The position numbers and the translations under genes are program-made. From Eledone cirrhosa (Eukaryota), in contig OZ024749.1 in assembly GCA_964016885.1 (NCBI GenBank), positions 992,001 to 1,056,000 on the forward strand: 64,000 bases of DNA, in the 5' to 3' direction. This document shows positions 63,741 to 64,000 of the stretch, one piece after another. Below the pieces are notes generated by a model, which was not told the origin of the DNA, ran no database searches, and saw nothing but the letters and a program-made list of their open reading frames with translations. Each line of letters opens with the position of its first letter. Positions within the stretch are counted from its first letter, which is position 1.

Positions 63741-64000
63741 CAAGATGTTATGTGTTACTTTTTTTTATTTACCTGATATTTTGAGATAACATTTCTTCTT
63801 CGAAGGTTTATAAGAAGGAATGAATCCGATATCGGTAAATGTGCTAAGTCATACTGCCAGAAGTAGTGAACAGAGCTAAAGCGGAAGGGGGGAATAGTGT
63901 TCTATCCCTCTTTTATTTTTACCTATATATATATAATGTATCATCATCATCATTGTTTTTAATGACCACCTTTCTATACTGGCATACGTTGGACCGTATA

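Noticed and set aside
60497-64000. Rab6 5' exons (GEQSVGKTS...YQ)
   Set aside because: Not found; presumably beyond the window end.

Overview
AT-rich, repeat-dense animal genomic DNA. The SINE and RTE repertoire is most consistent with an octopod/coleoid cephalopod (inference). The whole window lies inside one minus-strand gene, Rab6. Five coding exons (54, 106, 112, 94 and 64 bp) splice in frame into ATIGIDFLSK...PGMEQETKKPGE; the 5' exons and the canonical terminal CXC exon were not found in the window. The intron after the last recognisable exon starts with a minor-spliceosome (U12) donor, GTATCCTT, and runs at least 25 kb if the canonical terminal exon lies outside the window. Its non-repetitive islands hold a series of short exon-like units. 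Several have a U12-like branch point 19-23 nt before an AG, several are sequestered in strand-specific hairpins, and three read out to alternative Cys-containing C-termini (CISG*, CSLE*, CCGCHCIC*). This is the best candidate for an undescribed system: structure-gated, U12-dependent diversification of the Rab6 membrane-targeting tail. It is a hypothesis that needs RNA evidence. The rest is intronic repeat: RTE LINEs carrying a PHD-like finger, two BovB-like RTEs, CRE and Dong/R4 fragments, mariner and maT-like transposons, a non-autonomous Helitron, piggyBac-type MITEs, tRNA-derived SINEs, five large minisatellites, foldback palindromes and a sense-strand Penelope-type minimal hammerhead ribozyme. 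Nearly all ORF-track entries are transposon fragments or microsatellite artefacts.
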